DNA of 64,000 bases, from contig CATQHS010000001.1 of assembly GCA_958296055.1 (NCBI GenBank), forward strand, positions 23,570-87,569, in the 5' to 3' direction. Shown in pieces: positions 38,328 through 49,311 of this stretch; position 1 is the first letter of the stretch, and each line of letters opens with the position of its first letter. The DNA comes from an uncultured Acidimicrobiales bacterium. Its GTDB lineage: Bacteria; Actinomycetota; Acidimicrobiia; Acidimicrobiales; Aldehydirespiratoraceae. A program made the translations under genes and the position numbers. Below the pieces are notes generated by a model that ran no database searches, was not told the origin of the DNA, and was given only the letters and a program-made list of their open reading frames with translations.

Positions 38328-41300
38328 TCAGCCCGAGGCCACGGCCATGACGGCCTCGACCTCGTCGGCGCCCGCGGCCCGGGCCCGCTCCGACGCCTCC
38401 AGCACCCGCCGGTAGTCGACGGGCATCACCTTGACGAAGGCGGCCGAGGCCGCGGCCCAGTCAGCCAGGATGCGGCCGGCCAGCGGGCTGCCGGTCTCGT
38501 GGCGGTGGCGGCCGATCCGGTCTCGCAGCCACTCCAGGTCGTCGGGGTCGGGCTCGCCCAGCTCCACCATCTCCGGGTTGACCCGGCGGCGGGACCGGCC
38601 GCCGGGGTCGTGCAGGTAGGCGACCCCGCCCGACATGCCGGCCGCGAAGTTGCGGCCGATCTCCCCCAGCACCACGGCCCGGCCCCCGGTCATGTACTCG
38701 CAGCCGTGGTCGCCGACCCCTTCCACCACCGCCGTCGCCCCGGAGTTGCGGACGCAGAACCTCTCCCCCACCCGCCCCCGCAGGTAGATCTCGCCGCTGG
38801 TGGCGCCGTAGCCGATCACGTTGCCGGCGATCACGTTGTCCTCGGCCGCGAAGGAGGCGTCGGCCGGGGGCCTCACCACCACCCGGCCCCCCGACAGCCC
38901 CTTGGCCGCGTAGTCGTTGGCGTCGCCTTCGAGGCGCAGGGTGATCCCCCGGGGCACGAAGGCCCCGAAGGAGTTGCCGGCCGAGCCGGTGAAGTTGACC
39001 ACGATGGTGTCGTCGGGCAGCCCGGCCCCGCCCCAGCGGCGGGTCACCTCGTAGCCGAGCATGGTCCCCACCGTGCGGTTGACGTTGCGGATGGGGATGT
39101 CGATGGTGACCGGCCGGCCCTGGGTGATGGAGCACTCGGCCATCTGGATCAGGGTCCGGTCCAGGGCCGACTCCAGCCCGTGGTCCTGGGGCTTGACCCG
39201 GTGCAGGGCCGCGCCGGGCGAAGGCTCGGGCCGGTGCAGGATGGGGGACAGATCCAGGCCTCCCGCCTTCCAGTGGTCGACCGCGTCGGCCAGGTCGAGC
39301 GCTTCGACCCGCCCCACCGCCTCGTCGAGGGTGCGGAACCCCAGCTCGGCCAGCAGCTCCCGCACCTCTTCGGCGACGTACTCGAAGAAGTTCACCACGA
39401 ACTCGGGCCGGCCGTCGAACTTGGCCCGCAGCTCGGGGTTCTGGGTGGCCACTCCCACCGGGCAGGTGTCGAGGTGGCACACCCGCATCATCACGCAGCC
39501 CATGACCACCAGCGGCGCGGTGGCGAAGCCGAACTCCTCGGCCCCCAGCAGAGCGGCCACCACCACGTCCCGACCGGTTTTGAGCTGGCCGTCGACCTGC
39601 ACGGTGATCCGGTCCCGCAGGTCGTTGAGCACTAGGGTCTGCTGGGTCTCGGCCAGCCCCAGCTCCCAGGGCACCCCGGCGTGCTTGATGGAGGTGAGCG
39701 GCGACGCCCCGGTGCCGCCGTCGTGGCCGGAGATCAGCACCACGTCGGCCCGGGCCTTGGCCACCCCGGCGGCCACGGTGCCCACTCCCACCTCGGCCAC
39801 CAGCTTCACGTGGATGCGGGCCGCGGGGTTGGAGTTCTTGAGGTCGTGGATGAGCTGGGCCAGGTCCTCGATGGAGTAGATGTCGTGGTGGGGCGGGGGC
39901 GAGATCAGCCCCACGCCCGGGGTGGAGTGCCGGGTCTCGGCGATCCAGGGGTAGACCTTGTGGCCCGGAAGCTGCCCCCCCTCCCCCGGCTTGGCCCCCT
40001 GGGCCATCTTGATCTGGATGTCGTCGGCGTTGACCAGGTATTCGCTGGTCACCCCGAAGCGGGCGCTGGCCGCCTGCTTGACCGCGCTGCGTCGGGAGTC
40101 GCCGTTGGGGTCGGGGGTGTAGCGGCGGGCGTCCTCGCCCCCCTCGCCGGTGTTGGACTTGGCCCCCATGCGGTTCATGGCGATGGCCAGGGTCTCGTGG
40201 GCCTCGGCCGAGATGGAGCCGTAGCTCATGGCCCCGGTGGCGAACCGCTTGACGATCTCGCCCACCGGCTCGACCTCGTCGATGTCCACCGGCGGGCGGT
40301 CGCCGGAGCGGAGCCGGAACAGGCCCCGCAGGGTGCCGAGCCGGCGGGACTGGTCGTCCACCCGGCTGGTGTAATCCTTGAAGACGTCGTAGCGGCCCTG
40401 GCGGGTGGCGTGCTGGAGCTTGAAGACGGTCTCGGGGTTGAAGAGGTGGTACTCGCCTTCCCGCCGCCACTGGTACTCGCCTCCCGGATCCAAACCCCGG
40501 TGGGCCCGGCGGGCCGGGTTCGCCGGAAAGGCCTGGCGGTGGCGGGCCGCGGCCTCGGCCGCCAGCTCGTCCAGGCCGATGCCGTCGAGGCGGCTGGCGG
40601 TGCCGGTGAAGTACTCGTCCACCACCCCCCGGCCCAGGCCGACGGCCTCGAAGATCTGAGCCCCGGTGTAGGAGGCGACGGTGGAGATGCCCATCTTCGA
40701 CATCACCTTGAGAATCCCGGCCCCGGCCGCCTTGAGGTAGTTCCGCGGGGCCGACCCGGCCGGGTCGAGGCCGTGCTCGCCCGCCGCGGCCATGGCCGCG
40801 ACGGTCTCCAGGGCCAGGTAGGGGTTGACGGCGTTGGCGCCGTAGCCGAGGTGCAGGCACAGGTGGTGCACCTCCCGGACGTCGCCGGCCGATACCACCA
40901 GGCCGACCCGGGTGCGGGCCCGGGTTCGCACCAGGTGGTGGTGGACCGCGGCCAGCGCCAGCAGGGACGGGATGGGGGCCAGGCGCTCGTCGCAGTCCCG
41001 GTCCGACAGCACCAGGGCGGTGGCGCCGGCCTCCACTGCCTCGGTGGCGGCGGAGCGCAGCTCGGCCAGGGCCCGCTCCAGGCCGGCGCCGCCCCCGGTC
41101 GCCGGGTACACGATGGGCAGCACCGCGGCGGTGAAGCCCCGGGCGGCCGCGCCGGGGCCGGTCAGCCGGTCCAGCTCGGCGTCGGAGATCACCGGGGTGT
41201 CGAGGTGGATGGTGCGGCACGACTCGGGCCGGGGGTCCAAGAGGTTGGCCTCGGGCCCGACCCGGGCGTGCAGCGAGGTGATCAGCTCCTCGCGGATGGC

Positions 41301-42983
41301 ATCCAGCGGCGGGTTGGTGACCTGGGCGAAGAGCTGTTTGAAGTAGTCGTAGACGAGCCGGGGCCGCTGGGACAGGACGGCCAGCGGGGTGTCGCTGCCC
41401 ATGGAGCCGACCGCCTCTTTGGCGTCGCGGGCCATGGGGGCCAGCAGCAGCTTCTGCTCTTCATGGGTGTAGCCGAAGATCCGCTGGCGCCGCAGCAGTT
41501 CTTGGTCGGCGGGCGGCGTCGAGCCGTTGGACTCGGCTCTGTTGGACCCGTTGGCCGGGGCCGGGGCGGTCCGGGGCGAATCGCTCGCGGCCGGGGCGGC
41601 GGGGAGCTGGTCCAGGCGCACCAGGTTGTCGTCCAGCCACCGCCGGTAGGGCCGGGCCCGGGCCAGCCGGTCCTTGATCTCGTCGTCGCGCACGATCCGG
41701 CCCTGGTCGGTGTCCACCAGGAACATGCGGCCGGGCCGGAGCCGGCCTTTCTCGGTCACCTTGTTCTGGGGGATGTCGAGCACCCCCACCTCGGAGGCCA
41801 TGACCACCAAGCCGTCGCCGGTCACCCAGTACCGGGAGGGGCGCAGGCCGTTGCGGTCGAGCACGGCGCCGATCACGGTCCCGTCGGTGAAGGCGATGGA
41901 GGCGGGGCCGTCCCACGGCTCCATGCGGGCGGCGTGGTAGCGATAGAAGGCCCGGCGGTCCTCGGCCATCTCGCCGTGGTTCTCCCAGGGCTCGGGGATC
42001 ATCATGAGCATGGCCTCGGGCAGGGAGTAACCGCCGAGGGTGAGCAGCTCCAGGACCTCGTCGAAGCTGGCGGTGTCGCTGGCGCCGGGCGTGCAAATGG
42101 GGAGGGCCCGCTCCAGGCCGTCGAGGTGGGGCGAGGACAGCAGGGCTTCCCGGGCCCGCATCCAGTTGCGGTTGCCGCCGATGGCGTTGATCTCGCCGTT
42201 GTGGACGATGAGCCGGTAGGGGTGGGCCAGCGGCCAGGAGGGGAAGGTGTTGGTGGAGAACCGGGAGTGGATCAGTATCAGGGAGGTGGTGACCCGCTCG
42301 TCGAGCAGGTCCGGGTAGAAACGGGCGAGCTGGTGGGGCACGAGCATCCCCTTGTAGACCAGGGTCCGGGAGCTGAGGCTGGCGAAGTACACCCCCCGGT
42401 GGGCGCCGGCCGCGCCGCCCATGCCCCCGCTGGAGGCGGAGGCGGGGCCAGCGGCGGCGATCTCGCGCTCGATGCGCTTGCGGGCGATGTAGAGGCGGCG
42501 GTCCAGGGCGATTCCCGACAGCCCGGCGCCGGTGACGAAGAGCTGGCGCAGGGCCGGCATGGCCCGGCGGGCTCCCAGCCCCAGCATCGTGTCGTTGGTC
42601 GGCACATCCCGCCAGCCCGCCGTCTCCAAGCCCTCCTCGCCGAGGATCCTCTCCACCTCGGCAGCGGCGGCGGCGGCGTCATTCGCGTCGGGCGGGAAGA
42701 AGCCGATGCCGGTGGCGTACTGGCCGGCCGGGGGCAGAGGGAAGGCGACGATGTCTCGTATGAACCGATCGGGGATCTGGATGAGGACCCCGGACCCGTC
42801 GCCGGTGTCGGGCTCGGCCCCTCGGGCGCTGCGGTGGTCGAGGTTGCACAGAGCCTCGATCCCCATGGTGACGATGTCGCGTCTGGGCTTGCCCGACATG
42901 TCGCACACGAAGCCGATCCCGCACGAGTCGTGCTCGCCGCGGGGGTCGTACAGGCCCTGGCGCGGGGGGAGGTCAGCGATCAT
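38328..42983 (-). CDS. gltB: Glutamate synthase large subunit
   Basis: [64 protein letters not shown]. Confidence 0.97.
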   Translation of the reverse strand: MIADLPPRQGLYDPRGEHDSCGIGFVCDMSGKPRRDIVTMGIEALCNLDHRSARGAEPDTGDGSGVLIQIPDRFIRDIVAFPLPPAGQYATGIGFFPPDANDAAAAAAEVERILGEEGLETAGWRDVPTNDTMLGLGARRAMPALRQLFVTGAGLSGIALDRRLYIARKRIEREIAAAGPASASSGGMGGAAGAHRGVYFASLSSRTLVYKGMLVPHQLARFYPDLLDERVTTSLILIHSRFSTNTFPSWPLAHPYRLIVHNGEINAIGGNRNWMRAREALLSSPHLDGLERALPICTPGASDTASFDEVLELLTLGGYSLPEAMLMMIPEPWENHGEMAEDRRAFYRYHAARMEPWDGPASIAFTDGTVIGAVLDRNGLRPSRYWVTGDGLVVMASEVGVLDIPQNKVTEKGRLRPGRMFLVDTDQGRIVRDDEIKDRLARARPYRRWLDDNLVRLDQLPAAPAASDSPRTAPAPANGSNRAESNGSTPPADQELLRRQRIFGYTHEEQKLLLAPMARDAKEAVGSMGSDTPLAVLSQRPRLVYDYFKQLFAQVTNPPLDAIREELITSLHARVGPEANLLDPRPESCRTIHLDTPVISDAELDRLTGPGAAARGFTAAVLPIVYPATGGGAGLERALAELRSAATEAVEAGATALVLSDRDCDERLAPIPSLLALAAVHHHLVRTRARTRVGLVVSAGDVREVHHLCLHLGYGANAVNPYLALETVAAMAAAGEHGLDPAGSAPRNYLKAAGAGILKVMSKMGISTVASYTGAQIFEAVGLGRGVVDEYFTGTASRLDGIGLDELAAEAAARHRQAFPANPARRAHRGLDPGGEYQWRREGEYHLFNPETVFKLQHATRQGRYDVFKDYTSRVDDQSRRLGTLRGLFRLRSGDRPPVDIDEVEPVGEIVKRFATGAMSYGSISAEAHETLAIAMNRMGAKSNTGEGGEDARRYTPDPNGDSRRSAVKQAASARFGVTSEYLVNADDIQIKMAQGAKPGEGGQLPGHKVYPWIAETRHSTPGVGLISPPPHHDIYSIEDLAQLIHDLKNSNPAARIHVKLVAEVGVGTVAAGVAKARADVVLISGHDGGTGASPLTSIKHAGVPWELGLAETQQTLVLNDLRDRITVQVDGQLKTGRDVVVAALLGAEEFGFATAPLVVMGCVMMRVCHLDTCPVGVATQNPELRAKFDGRPEFVVNFFEYVAEEVRELLAELGFRTLDEAVGRVEALDLADAVDHWKAGGLDLSPILHRPEPSPGAALHRVKPQDHGLESALDRTLIQMAECSITQGRPVTIDIPIRNVNRTVGTMLGYEVTRRWGGAGLPDDTIVVNFTGSAGNSFGAFVPRGITLRLEGDANDYAAKGLSGGRVVVRPPADASFAAEDNVIAGNVIGYGATSGEIYLRGRVGERFCVRNSGATAVVEGVGDHGCEYMTGGRAVVLGEIGRNFAAGMSGGVAYLHDPGGRSRRRVNPEMVELGEPDPDDLEWLRDRIGRHRHETGSPLAGRILADWAAASAAFVKVMPVDYRRVLEASERARAAGADEVEAVMAVASG

Positions 42984-43064
42984 CCGGCTCCTCGGGTCGG
43001 CTTGTTCTTGGGGTGCGATCTCGGGGCGGGGCGGCGCCGGGATCGATCCGGTCCGCTCCCGACC

Positions 43065-43109
43065 GTGCGGGACGCCGTTGGCCCGAACAGCAAGCTGTGG
43101 AAAAAGCTA
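43065..43109 (-). promoter_or_regulatory. gltB promoter (-10 TAGCTT) and 5' leader hairpin
   Basis: TAGCTT at 43109..43104; about 115-nt leader containing GTTCGGG-CCAACGGCGT-CCCGCAC; SD GAGGAG before the ATG. Confidence 0.45.
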
Positions 43110-43172
43110 GCCAGTGTTCGCCGGGTTGCCAAAGCCGGGCCGTCGGGGGGCGGGCGGGGCCATCATGGGCGG

Positions 43173-44576
43173 ATGAGAGATGCGCACCCGACGGCAGGCC
43201 CACCCGCCGGCCCCACCGACGACACTTCCGCCGAGACAGCCGCGGCTGACGCGACCGCCTCGGCCGACGCCACCGCCGACCCCGCGGCGGGCATCGACAT
43301 GGCCGCGGCCGAGCGGATCGGCGGCCACATCGACGCCTCTCCCACCCCGTTCCACGCGGTGGAGCACGCGGTCGGCCTGCTGACCGCGGCCGGGGGGCGG
43401 CTGGCCGCCACCGCGGTCGAAGCCGCCTCGGCCGGGCTGTGGTACGAGGCTTCAGCCGGGTCGCTGACCGCCTGGTGCGTCGGCCAGCGCCACGGCCCCC
43501 GCAGCGGGTTCCGCATCGCCGCGGCCCACACCGATTCGCCCAACCTGCGGGTCAAGCCCCGCCCCGACCGCGGCCGGGGAAGCTGCGGCCAGATCGGGGT
43601 GGAGGTGTACGGCTCGGCCCTCGTCAACAGTTGGCTCGACCGAGACCTCGGGGTGGCCGGGCGCCTGGCCGTGCGCGACGGCGCCGGCGGGGCGGCCGCC
43701 CGGCTGGTGCGCATCGACGGGCCGTGGCTGCGGATCCCCCAGCTCGCCATCCACTTGGACCGGGGCATCGACGAGCACGGCCTGCGCCTTAACCGCCAGC
43801 TCCACCTGTCGCCCATCTGGACCCTGGACCCCGGGGCTGAGGCCTTCCTGAGCGCGGTGGCCGCCGAGGCTGGGGTGGCCGCCGCCGACGTGGTGGGCCA
43901 CGACCTGATGCTGTTCGATCCGGCCCCGTCGCGGCTGGTGGGGCCGGGCGGCGACATGCTGAGCGCGTCCCGCATCGACAACCTGGTGTCGTGCTTCGCC
44001 GCGGTGGAGGCCCTGATCGACGCGGCGGCCGCCGACGAGCCCGGGTCGGCCGTGCCGATGGTGTGTTTGTTCGACCACGAGGAGGTGGGCAGCGTGTCGG
44101 CCACCGGGGCGGCCTCGCCCCGGCTGGCGAACGTCTTGGAGCGGCTATCCGCCGGCTTTGGGGCCTCGGCCGACGACGGGGCCGCCGCCCGGGCGGCCAG
44201 CCTGGTGCTGTCGGCCGACGGGGCCCACGCCACCCACCCCAACTATCCCGACCGCCACGAGCCCGAGCATCTCGTCGCTCTCAACGGCGGCCCGGTGCTG
44301 AAAGTGAACGCCAACCAGCGCTACGCCACCGACGCCCTCACCGGCGCCGCCTTCCGGCTGGCCTGCGAGCGGGTCGGGGCCCCGGTCCAGCTTTTCGTCA
44401 ACCGGAGCGACCTGGCCTGCGGCTCGACCATCGGCCCGGTCACCGCCGGCCGCCTCGGCATCGGAGTGGTGGACGCCGGCTGCCCTCAGTTGGCCATGCA
44501 CTCGATCCGCGAGCTGGCCGGCCGCCGAGACGTGGCCTGGTTCCGGGCCGCGGTGGCCGAGTTCCTGCGGGGCTAG
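43173..44576 (+). CDS. apeB: M18 family (aspartyl) aminopeptidase
   Basis: ASPTPFHAV, AHTDSP, RIDNL, FDHEEVGS, SADGAHATHPNY, AMHSIRE; this is the real 3' part of track ORF 39681..44576. Confidence 0.92.
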   Translation: MRDAHPTAGPPAGPTDDTSAETAAADATASADATADPAAGIDMAAAERIGGHIDASPTPFHAVEHAVGLLTAAGGRLAATAVEAASAGLWYEASAGSLTAWCVGQRHGPRSGFRIAAAHTDSPNLRVKPRPDRGRGSCGQIGVEVYGSALVNSWLDRDLGVAGRLAVRDGAGGAAARLVRIDGPWLRIPQLAIHLDRGIDEHGLRLNRQLHLSPIWTLDPGAEAFLSAVAAEAGVAAADVVGHDLMLFDPAPSRLVGPGGDMLSASRIDNLVSCFAAVEALIDAAAADEPGSAVPMVCLFDHEEVGSVSATGAASPRLANVLERLSAGFGASADDGAAARAASLVLSADGAHATHPNYPDRHEPEHLVALNGGPVLKVNANQRYATDALTGAAFRLACERVGAPVQLFVNRSDLACGSTIGPVTAGRLGIGVVDAGCPQLAMHSIRELAGRRDVAWFRAAVAEFLRG

Positions 44577-44669
44577 GGGGATTCAGCGCCCCGGCCATCG
44601 ACCAGCGCTCTCCAGCGGCGCTGCGCAACCGTCGGGTCTCTCGGCCGGGCCGAGGCGGCCGGCCGGCGG

Positions 44670-46286
44670 TCAGGACGCGGTCAGGCGGCGGCCGGGGGGG
44701 CTGGACAGGTCTTGGAGCCGTCGCCATCCGGCGGCGAACATCAACAGGATGGGGACGATCTCCAGCCGCCCGATCACCATGCACAAAGCCAGCACCAGCC
44801 GGGCCGGCAGGTTGAAGGCGTCGGCGAAGGTGGAGGTGGGCCCGGCCTCGGCTAGGGCCGGTCCCATGTTGCTGAGGGCCCCCACCACCGCCCCCAGGCT
44901 GCTCTCGAAGTCTCCGCCCAGGGCGGTGACCGCCACCAGCCCGACCAGCACCAGCGTCAGGTGCAGCAGGAAGAACCCCACCACCCGGGCCACGACCCCC
45001 TCGGCCAGGGCCCGGTCGCCGAGCTTGACCGGGATGACGGCCCGGGGCATCTGGGTCCGGCGCACCGACCGCACCATGACCACGCCCAGCACCTGCATCC
45101 TCAAGGTCTTGATGCCCCCCGCCGTGGACCCCGAGCAGCCCCCCACCACCATCAGGAACAGCAGCACCATCTGGGCGCCCCCCGCCCAGACGACGTAGTC
45201 GCCGGCCGAGCCCGGTCCGGTGGCGTTGGAGAAACCGCCGCTGGTGCCCAGCGACACCGCGTTGAACAGGCCAACCCGGACCGACTCGACCAGCCCGAGT
45301 CCCCCGTCCAGCCACAGCAGGGCCACGATGGCGGCGGCCGCGGCGGCCAACACCAACATGAAGGTCCGCAGCTCGCTGTCGCGGTGGTAGGCCGGATGGC
45401 CGGTGATGGCCCGCCAATGCAGCGTGAAGCTGACGGCCCCCGCGATCATGGCCGCCATCATCACCACTTCCACCGCCACGCTGCCGAAATGGCCGATGGA
45501 GTCGGGGTGGGGGGAGAACCCCCCGGTGGAGGCGGTGGTGAGGGCGTGGGCCACCGAGTCGAACAGCGACGGCCCCGGCACCGCGAACAGGGCCAGCGCC
45601 ACCGCCAGGGTAAACCCGGCGTAGACCGCCCACAGCCGCCTCACCGTCTGGCTGACTCTGGGGGTCAGGCGGTCCGAGCCCGGTCCGGGCACCTCAGCCG
45701 AGACCAGCTCCAGGCCGCCGACCCCCAGAAACGGCAGCACGGTCACAGCCAGCAGCACCACTCCCATGCCCCCGTACCACTGGGTGGCCTGGCGGTACAT
45801 GAGCAGGCCCCGGCCGGGCCGCTCGAAGTCGGCCAGGACCGTGGACCCGGTGGAAGTGAACCCCGACGCCGACTCGAAGAGGCTGTTCACGACCTGCTCG
45901 AGGCCATCGGCGCCGCCGACGGCGAAGGTGGCGGCCAGCAGGAAGGGCAGGGCCCCCATCAGGGTGGTGACCACCCAGGTCCAGCCCACGGCCGAGAACA
46001 CGTCGCGGTTGCGGACCGCTCCCGGCGCGGTAAGGTACCACGCCCCGGCGCCGATCACCGCGGCCGCGGCCCCCGAGACGGCCAGCGCCGCGGTGTCGCG
46101 GTCGGTGGTGAGCCGCTCCAGCAGCGCGCAGGCCAGCATCCCCGCCGAGACGAAGCTGAGGGATATGCCGCAGACGTGGAAGGTGGTGCTGGAGTAGCGG
46201 CGCCGGTGGCGGCGCAGGATCGGGGGCGAGGCCGGGCCGGGCCTGGCCCCGGGTTCGGCCGGGGACCGAGCCGCGGGCTCAGCCAT
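44670..46286 (-). CDS. trkH: Trk potassium uptake membrane subunit
   Basis: FESASGFTSTGST, QWYGGMG, TASTGGFS, GGCSGSTAGGIK, SNMGPA, GRLEI. Confidence 0.93.
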   Translation of the reverse strand: MAEPAARSPAEPGARPGPASPPILRRHRRRYSSTTFHVCGISLSFVSAGMLACALLERLTTDRDTAALAVSGAAAAVIGAGAWYLTAPGAVRNRDVFSAVGWTWVVTTLMGALPFLLAATFAVGGADGLEQVVNSLFESASGFTSTGSTVLADFERPGRGLLMYRQATQWYGGMGVVLLAVTVLPFLGVGGLELVSAEVPGPGSDRLTPRVSQTVRRLWAVYAGFTLAVALALFAVPGPSLFDSVAHALTTASTGGFSPHPDSIGHFGSVAVEVVMMAAMIAGAVSFTLHWRAITGHPAYHRDSELRTFMLVLAAAAAAIVALLWLDGGLGLVESVRVGLFNAVSLGTSGGFSNATGPGSAGDYVVWAGGAQMVLLFLMVVGGCSGSTAGGIKTLRMQVLGVVMVRSVRRTQMPRAVIPVKLGDRALAEGVVARVVGFFLLHLTLVLVGLVAVTALGGDFESSLGAVVGALSNMGPALAEAGPTSTFADAFNLPARLVLALCMVIGRLEIVPILLMFAAGWRRLQDLSSPPGRRLTAS

Positions 46287-47832
46287 CCCGCGCCCTCCCG
46301 CCCTCCCGCCACAGCCGGCGGCCCCGCCGCAGCAGGCTTCGCCTGAGCTGCAGCGCGGCCCCGATCACCGACAGCAGGGGCAAGATGGCGACCCGGCCCG
46401 TGACCATCAGCGCGGCCAAGACCAGCCGGGCCGGCCGGGTCACGCCGTCGAGGTGCCCGAAGGCGCCGATGTCGCCGAAGGCCGGGCCCAGGGTGGACAC
46501 GGCGCTGACCGCCGACCAGACCCCCGACGGCACCGACATACCGGCTGCGCCCAGCAGCAGGGCCCCGCCGCCGATCACCGCCAAGTGGGCCACCGAGTAG
46601 CCGCCCAGCCGGTCGAGGGTCCGGTCGCCGAGGGGCTGGCGGTCGTGGCGCACCACCACCACCGCGTGCGGGTCGAGCTGGCGGCGAAGCTCCCGCCCCC
46701 CGAAGGCGACCAGCAGCCGGGCTCGCAGCACCCGGGTCCCGCCTCCGGCCGATCCGATCATCGACCCTATGCCCGCTGCCACCAGCAGGACCCCGGCCGC
46801 GGTGCTGCCCAACGCCGTCCACTCCCCCGTCGCGAACCCGGTCGTGCTCGACACCGACGCCGCCGTGAACAGGGCGTCGCCGACGCCGAGGCCGTCCACC
46901 CCGATCGCCAGGATGGCCGTGGCCCCGGCCAGGATGGCCAGGTAGAACCGCAGCTCCTGGGACCGCCACAGCCACCCGGCCCGGCCTCGGACCGCGCCCC
47001 ACATGGCGAAGACGCCGGCCCCGGCCGCGATCATGGCCCCGGTGGCCACCGCTCGGGCGGCTGGCCCGTAGCCCGCGAACGAATCGGCGTTGCTGGAGAA
47101 GCCCCCGGTCGACGCCGTGCCCAGGCCGTGGACCGCCGCTTCGGTCGGGCCCAGGCCGGCGGCCAGATAAGCCGCCGCGCAGGCCAGGGTGAAGCCGGCG
47201 TACAGGACGGCCACCCGGCGAAGGCCCGCCGCCGTGGTGGGCATCAGGTCCACCCAGCGGTCGCGGGTGGTGTGGGCCAGCAGAGCCGTGCCCCCTAAGG
47301 CCCGGGGCAGGGCCCCGAGCGCCACCACGATGGCGATCAGGCCTCCGACCCAGCTCGTGGCCGCCCGCCACAGCAGAACGGTCCGGGACGCCTCCTCGAC
47401 CGCCAGCGTGGTCACCGCCGTGGTGGTGAGCCCGGCGGCCGCCTCCACCACCGCGTCGTCGAGCCTTCCGACCGCGCCCGTGGCCAGATACACGGCGGCG
47501 ATCAGACCGATCATGGCCCCCCAGACGGTCCCGATGCCGACGATGACCCGGCGGGGGGCGACGTCGGCGGGCCGGCGGGTCCGGTGCCGGCCCGCCAGCC
47601 CGACCCCGGTCAGGATCGCCCCGGCGGCGGTGAAGGCCAAGGCGTCGCCGTTGTCGTCGCCGAGACCGCCCAGCCCGCAGAGAACCGTCACCGGACCGAG
47701 GACCGAGACGGCGTCGGCCAGCCCGGCCAGGGTCCACGAGTCCACCCGGTGCTGGCCGAGGGCACCGAACCGGGTTTCGCCCCGCAAACCGGCCCTTTGG
47801 CCGAGCCTCCGGCTGTCGGTTCCGCCTCTCAC
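46279..47832 (-). CDS. trkH: Trk potassium uptake membrane subunit, divergent paralog
   Basis: WRAATSWVGG, TASTGGFS, SSTTGF, GSAGGG, TLGPA, GRVAI; GTG overlaps the trkA stop. Confidence 0.85.
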   Translation of the reverse strand: MRGGTDSRRLGQRAGLRGETRFGALGQHRVDSWTLAGLADAVSVLGPVTVLCGLGGLGDDNGDALAFTAAGAILTGVGLAGRHRTRRPADVAPRRVIVGIGTVWGAMIGLIAAVYLATGAVGRLDDAVVEAAAGLTTTAVTTLAVEEASRTVLLWRAATSWVGGLIAIVVALGALPRALGGTALLAHTTRDRWVDLMPTTAAGLRRVAVLYAGFTLACAAAYLAAGLGPTEAAVHGLGTASTGGFSSNADSFAGYGPAARAVATGAMIAAGAGVFAMWGAVRGRAGWLWRSQELRFYLAILAGATAILAIGVDGLGVGDALFTAASVSSTTGFATGEWTALGSTAAGVLLVAAGIGSMIGSAGGGTRVLRARLLVAFGGRELRRQLDPHAVVVVRHDRQPLGDRTLDRLGGYSVAHLAVIGGGALLLGAAGMSVPSGVWSAVSAVSTLGPAFGDIGAFGHLDGVTRPARLVLAALMVTGRVAILPLLSVIGAALQLRRSLLRRGRRLWREGGRARDG

Positions 47833-49172
47833 CCGAACAGGCGGCTGACCTCGTCCACCGAGCCCGGCATGGCGAAGACCACGACGTGATCGCGGCGCCG
47901 GAGTCGGCTCCGGCCCCGGGCGATGTGCGCCTTGCCGTCCCGCACGATGGCGCCGATCAGGACGTCCTTGGGCAGGCCCAAGTCCTTGACCTGGGTGTCG
48001 TCGGCGGTGCTGTCCCGGCCGACCTCCAGCTCGAGGACCTCGGCCTCTCCCTCCAGGAAAGTGGCCACCGCGGCCACGTCGCCCCGCACGAAGCGCATCA
48101 CGCCGTTGGCGGTGGCGGTCCGGGGCGACAGGACCACGTCCACCCCGGCCTCGCCCAGCAGCGACAGCAGGGCCAGCTCGTGCACCACCGCGATGGTCTC
48201 GCCCGCGCCGGCCGCCTTGGCGTAGAGGCAGGCCAGGATGTTGGCGTGGTCTTCGCCGGTGAGCGCCGCGACCACGTCGAACCGGCTGACGTCGGCCTCT
48301 TCGAGCAGGTCGGCGTCGGTGATCTCGCCTTCGAGCACCAGCGCGTCGTCGAGCCGCTCGGCCAGTTGCCGGGCCCGGGCCGGGTCGCGCTCGACCATCA
48401 CCACGTCCACTCCCCGGCGGGCGAGCTGACGGGCCAGGATCTCCGCGGTCCGCCCCCCGCCCAGCAGCATCACCCGGTTGGGCAGCCCCCGGGACAGGCC
48501 CAGCAGCTTGCTGACCCGGTTGCGGGCCCGGCGCTCGCACACCACCCGGACCAGGTCGTCGGCGGCCAGGCGGTGATCGGCCCTGGGGATGACGGTCTGG
48601 TCGCCCCGGGTTATAGAGCCCACCAGGAACTCCCAGTCGGGCTCGTACTCGGCCGCGATCTCCGACAGCGACCGGCCCACCAGCGGGGCCCGGGCCGAGA
48701 GCCGGGCCCCGATCACGATGGCCTCGCCCTGGGCCATCACCGCCACCTCGGCCGCGCCCGCGTTCTCGCACAGCTCGAGGATCTCGTGGGCGGTCTCCTG
48801 ATCGGGATCGATGACCAGATCGGCGCCGAAGACGGTGCGCAGCCTGGCCGCCTCCTTGCCCCGCAGCTCGGGCGCCTCGATCCGCACGATGCTGCTTTCC
48901 ACCCCCCGCTGTTTGGCGATGAGCGAGGCCACCAGGTTGACCTCGTCGTCGCTGGTCACGGCCACCAGCAGCTCGGACCGGCCTACGCCGGCCATCTCCA
49001 GGATGCTGGGGTGGGTGCCGCTCCCGGTGACGGTGAGCACTTCCAGGTCGCCCTCGACCTCCCGGAGGCGCTCGGGGTTGATGTCGACCAGAGCCATGTC
49101 GTGGCCCTCGCGGCTTAGGCGGTGGGCGATGTAGGAGCCGACTTCGCCCGCCCCGACGACGATGACGTGCAC
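47829..49172 (-). CDS. trkA: Trk potassium uptake NAD-binding subunit
   Basis: VIVVGAGEVG, AVTSDDEVN, second RCK domain LLGGGRTA, about 447 aa. Confidence 0.94.
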   Translation of the reverse strand: MHVIVVGAGEVGSYIAHRLSREGHDMALVDINPERLREVEGDLEVLTVTGSGTHPSILEMAGVGRSELLVAVTSDDEVNLVASLIAKQRGVESSIVRIEAPELRGKEAARLRTVFGADLVIDPDQETAHEILELCENAGAAEVAVMAQGEAIVIGARLSARAPLVGRSLSEIAAEYEPDWEFLVGSITRGDQTVIPRADHRLAADDLVRVVCERRARNRVSKLLGLSRGLPNRVMLLGGGRTAEILARQLARRGVDVVMVERDPARARQLAERLDDALVLEGEITDADLLEEADVSRFDVVAALTGEDHANILACLYAKAAGAGETIAVVHELALLSLLGEAGVDVVLSPRTATANGVMRFVRGDVAAVATFLEGEAEVLELEVGRDSTADDTQVKDLGLPKDVLIGAIVRDGKAHIARGRSRLRRRDHVVVFAMPGSVDEVSRLFG

Positions 49173-49218
49173 GGCCACCGTTCTAGCGCATTCCGGCCCG
49201 CGGGCCGCGGGTGGCGCC

Positions 49219-49311
49219 GTCCTGCGCCTGGCCCGGGTGGTGCGGGTGTTGGCCGTGGCCGCGGTGATGCGGCGCGCCCTCACCACCGTCGGCTACGGCG
49301 ACTACTACCCC
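49219..49311 (+). pseudogene. Collapsed remnant of a voltage-gated K+ channel
   Basis: In-frame VLRLARVVRVL (S4-like) joined to LTTVGYGDYYP (K+ selectivity filter). Confidence 0.75.

Noticed and set aside
39681-43172. Apparent 1631-aa fusion ending in the M18 peptidase
   Set aside because: The 5' part is antisense to gltB; only 43173..44576 is a real gene.
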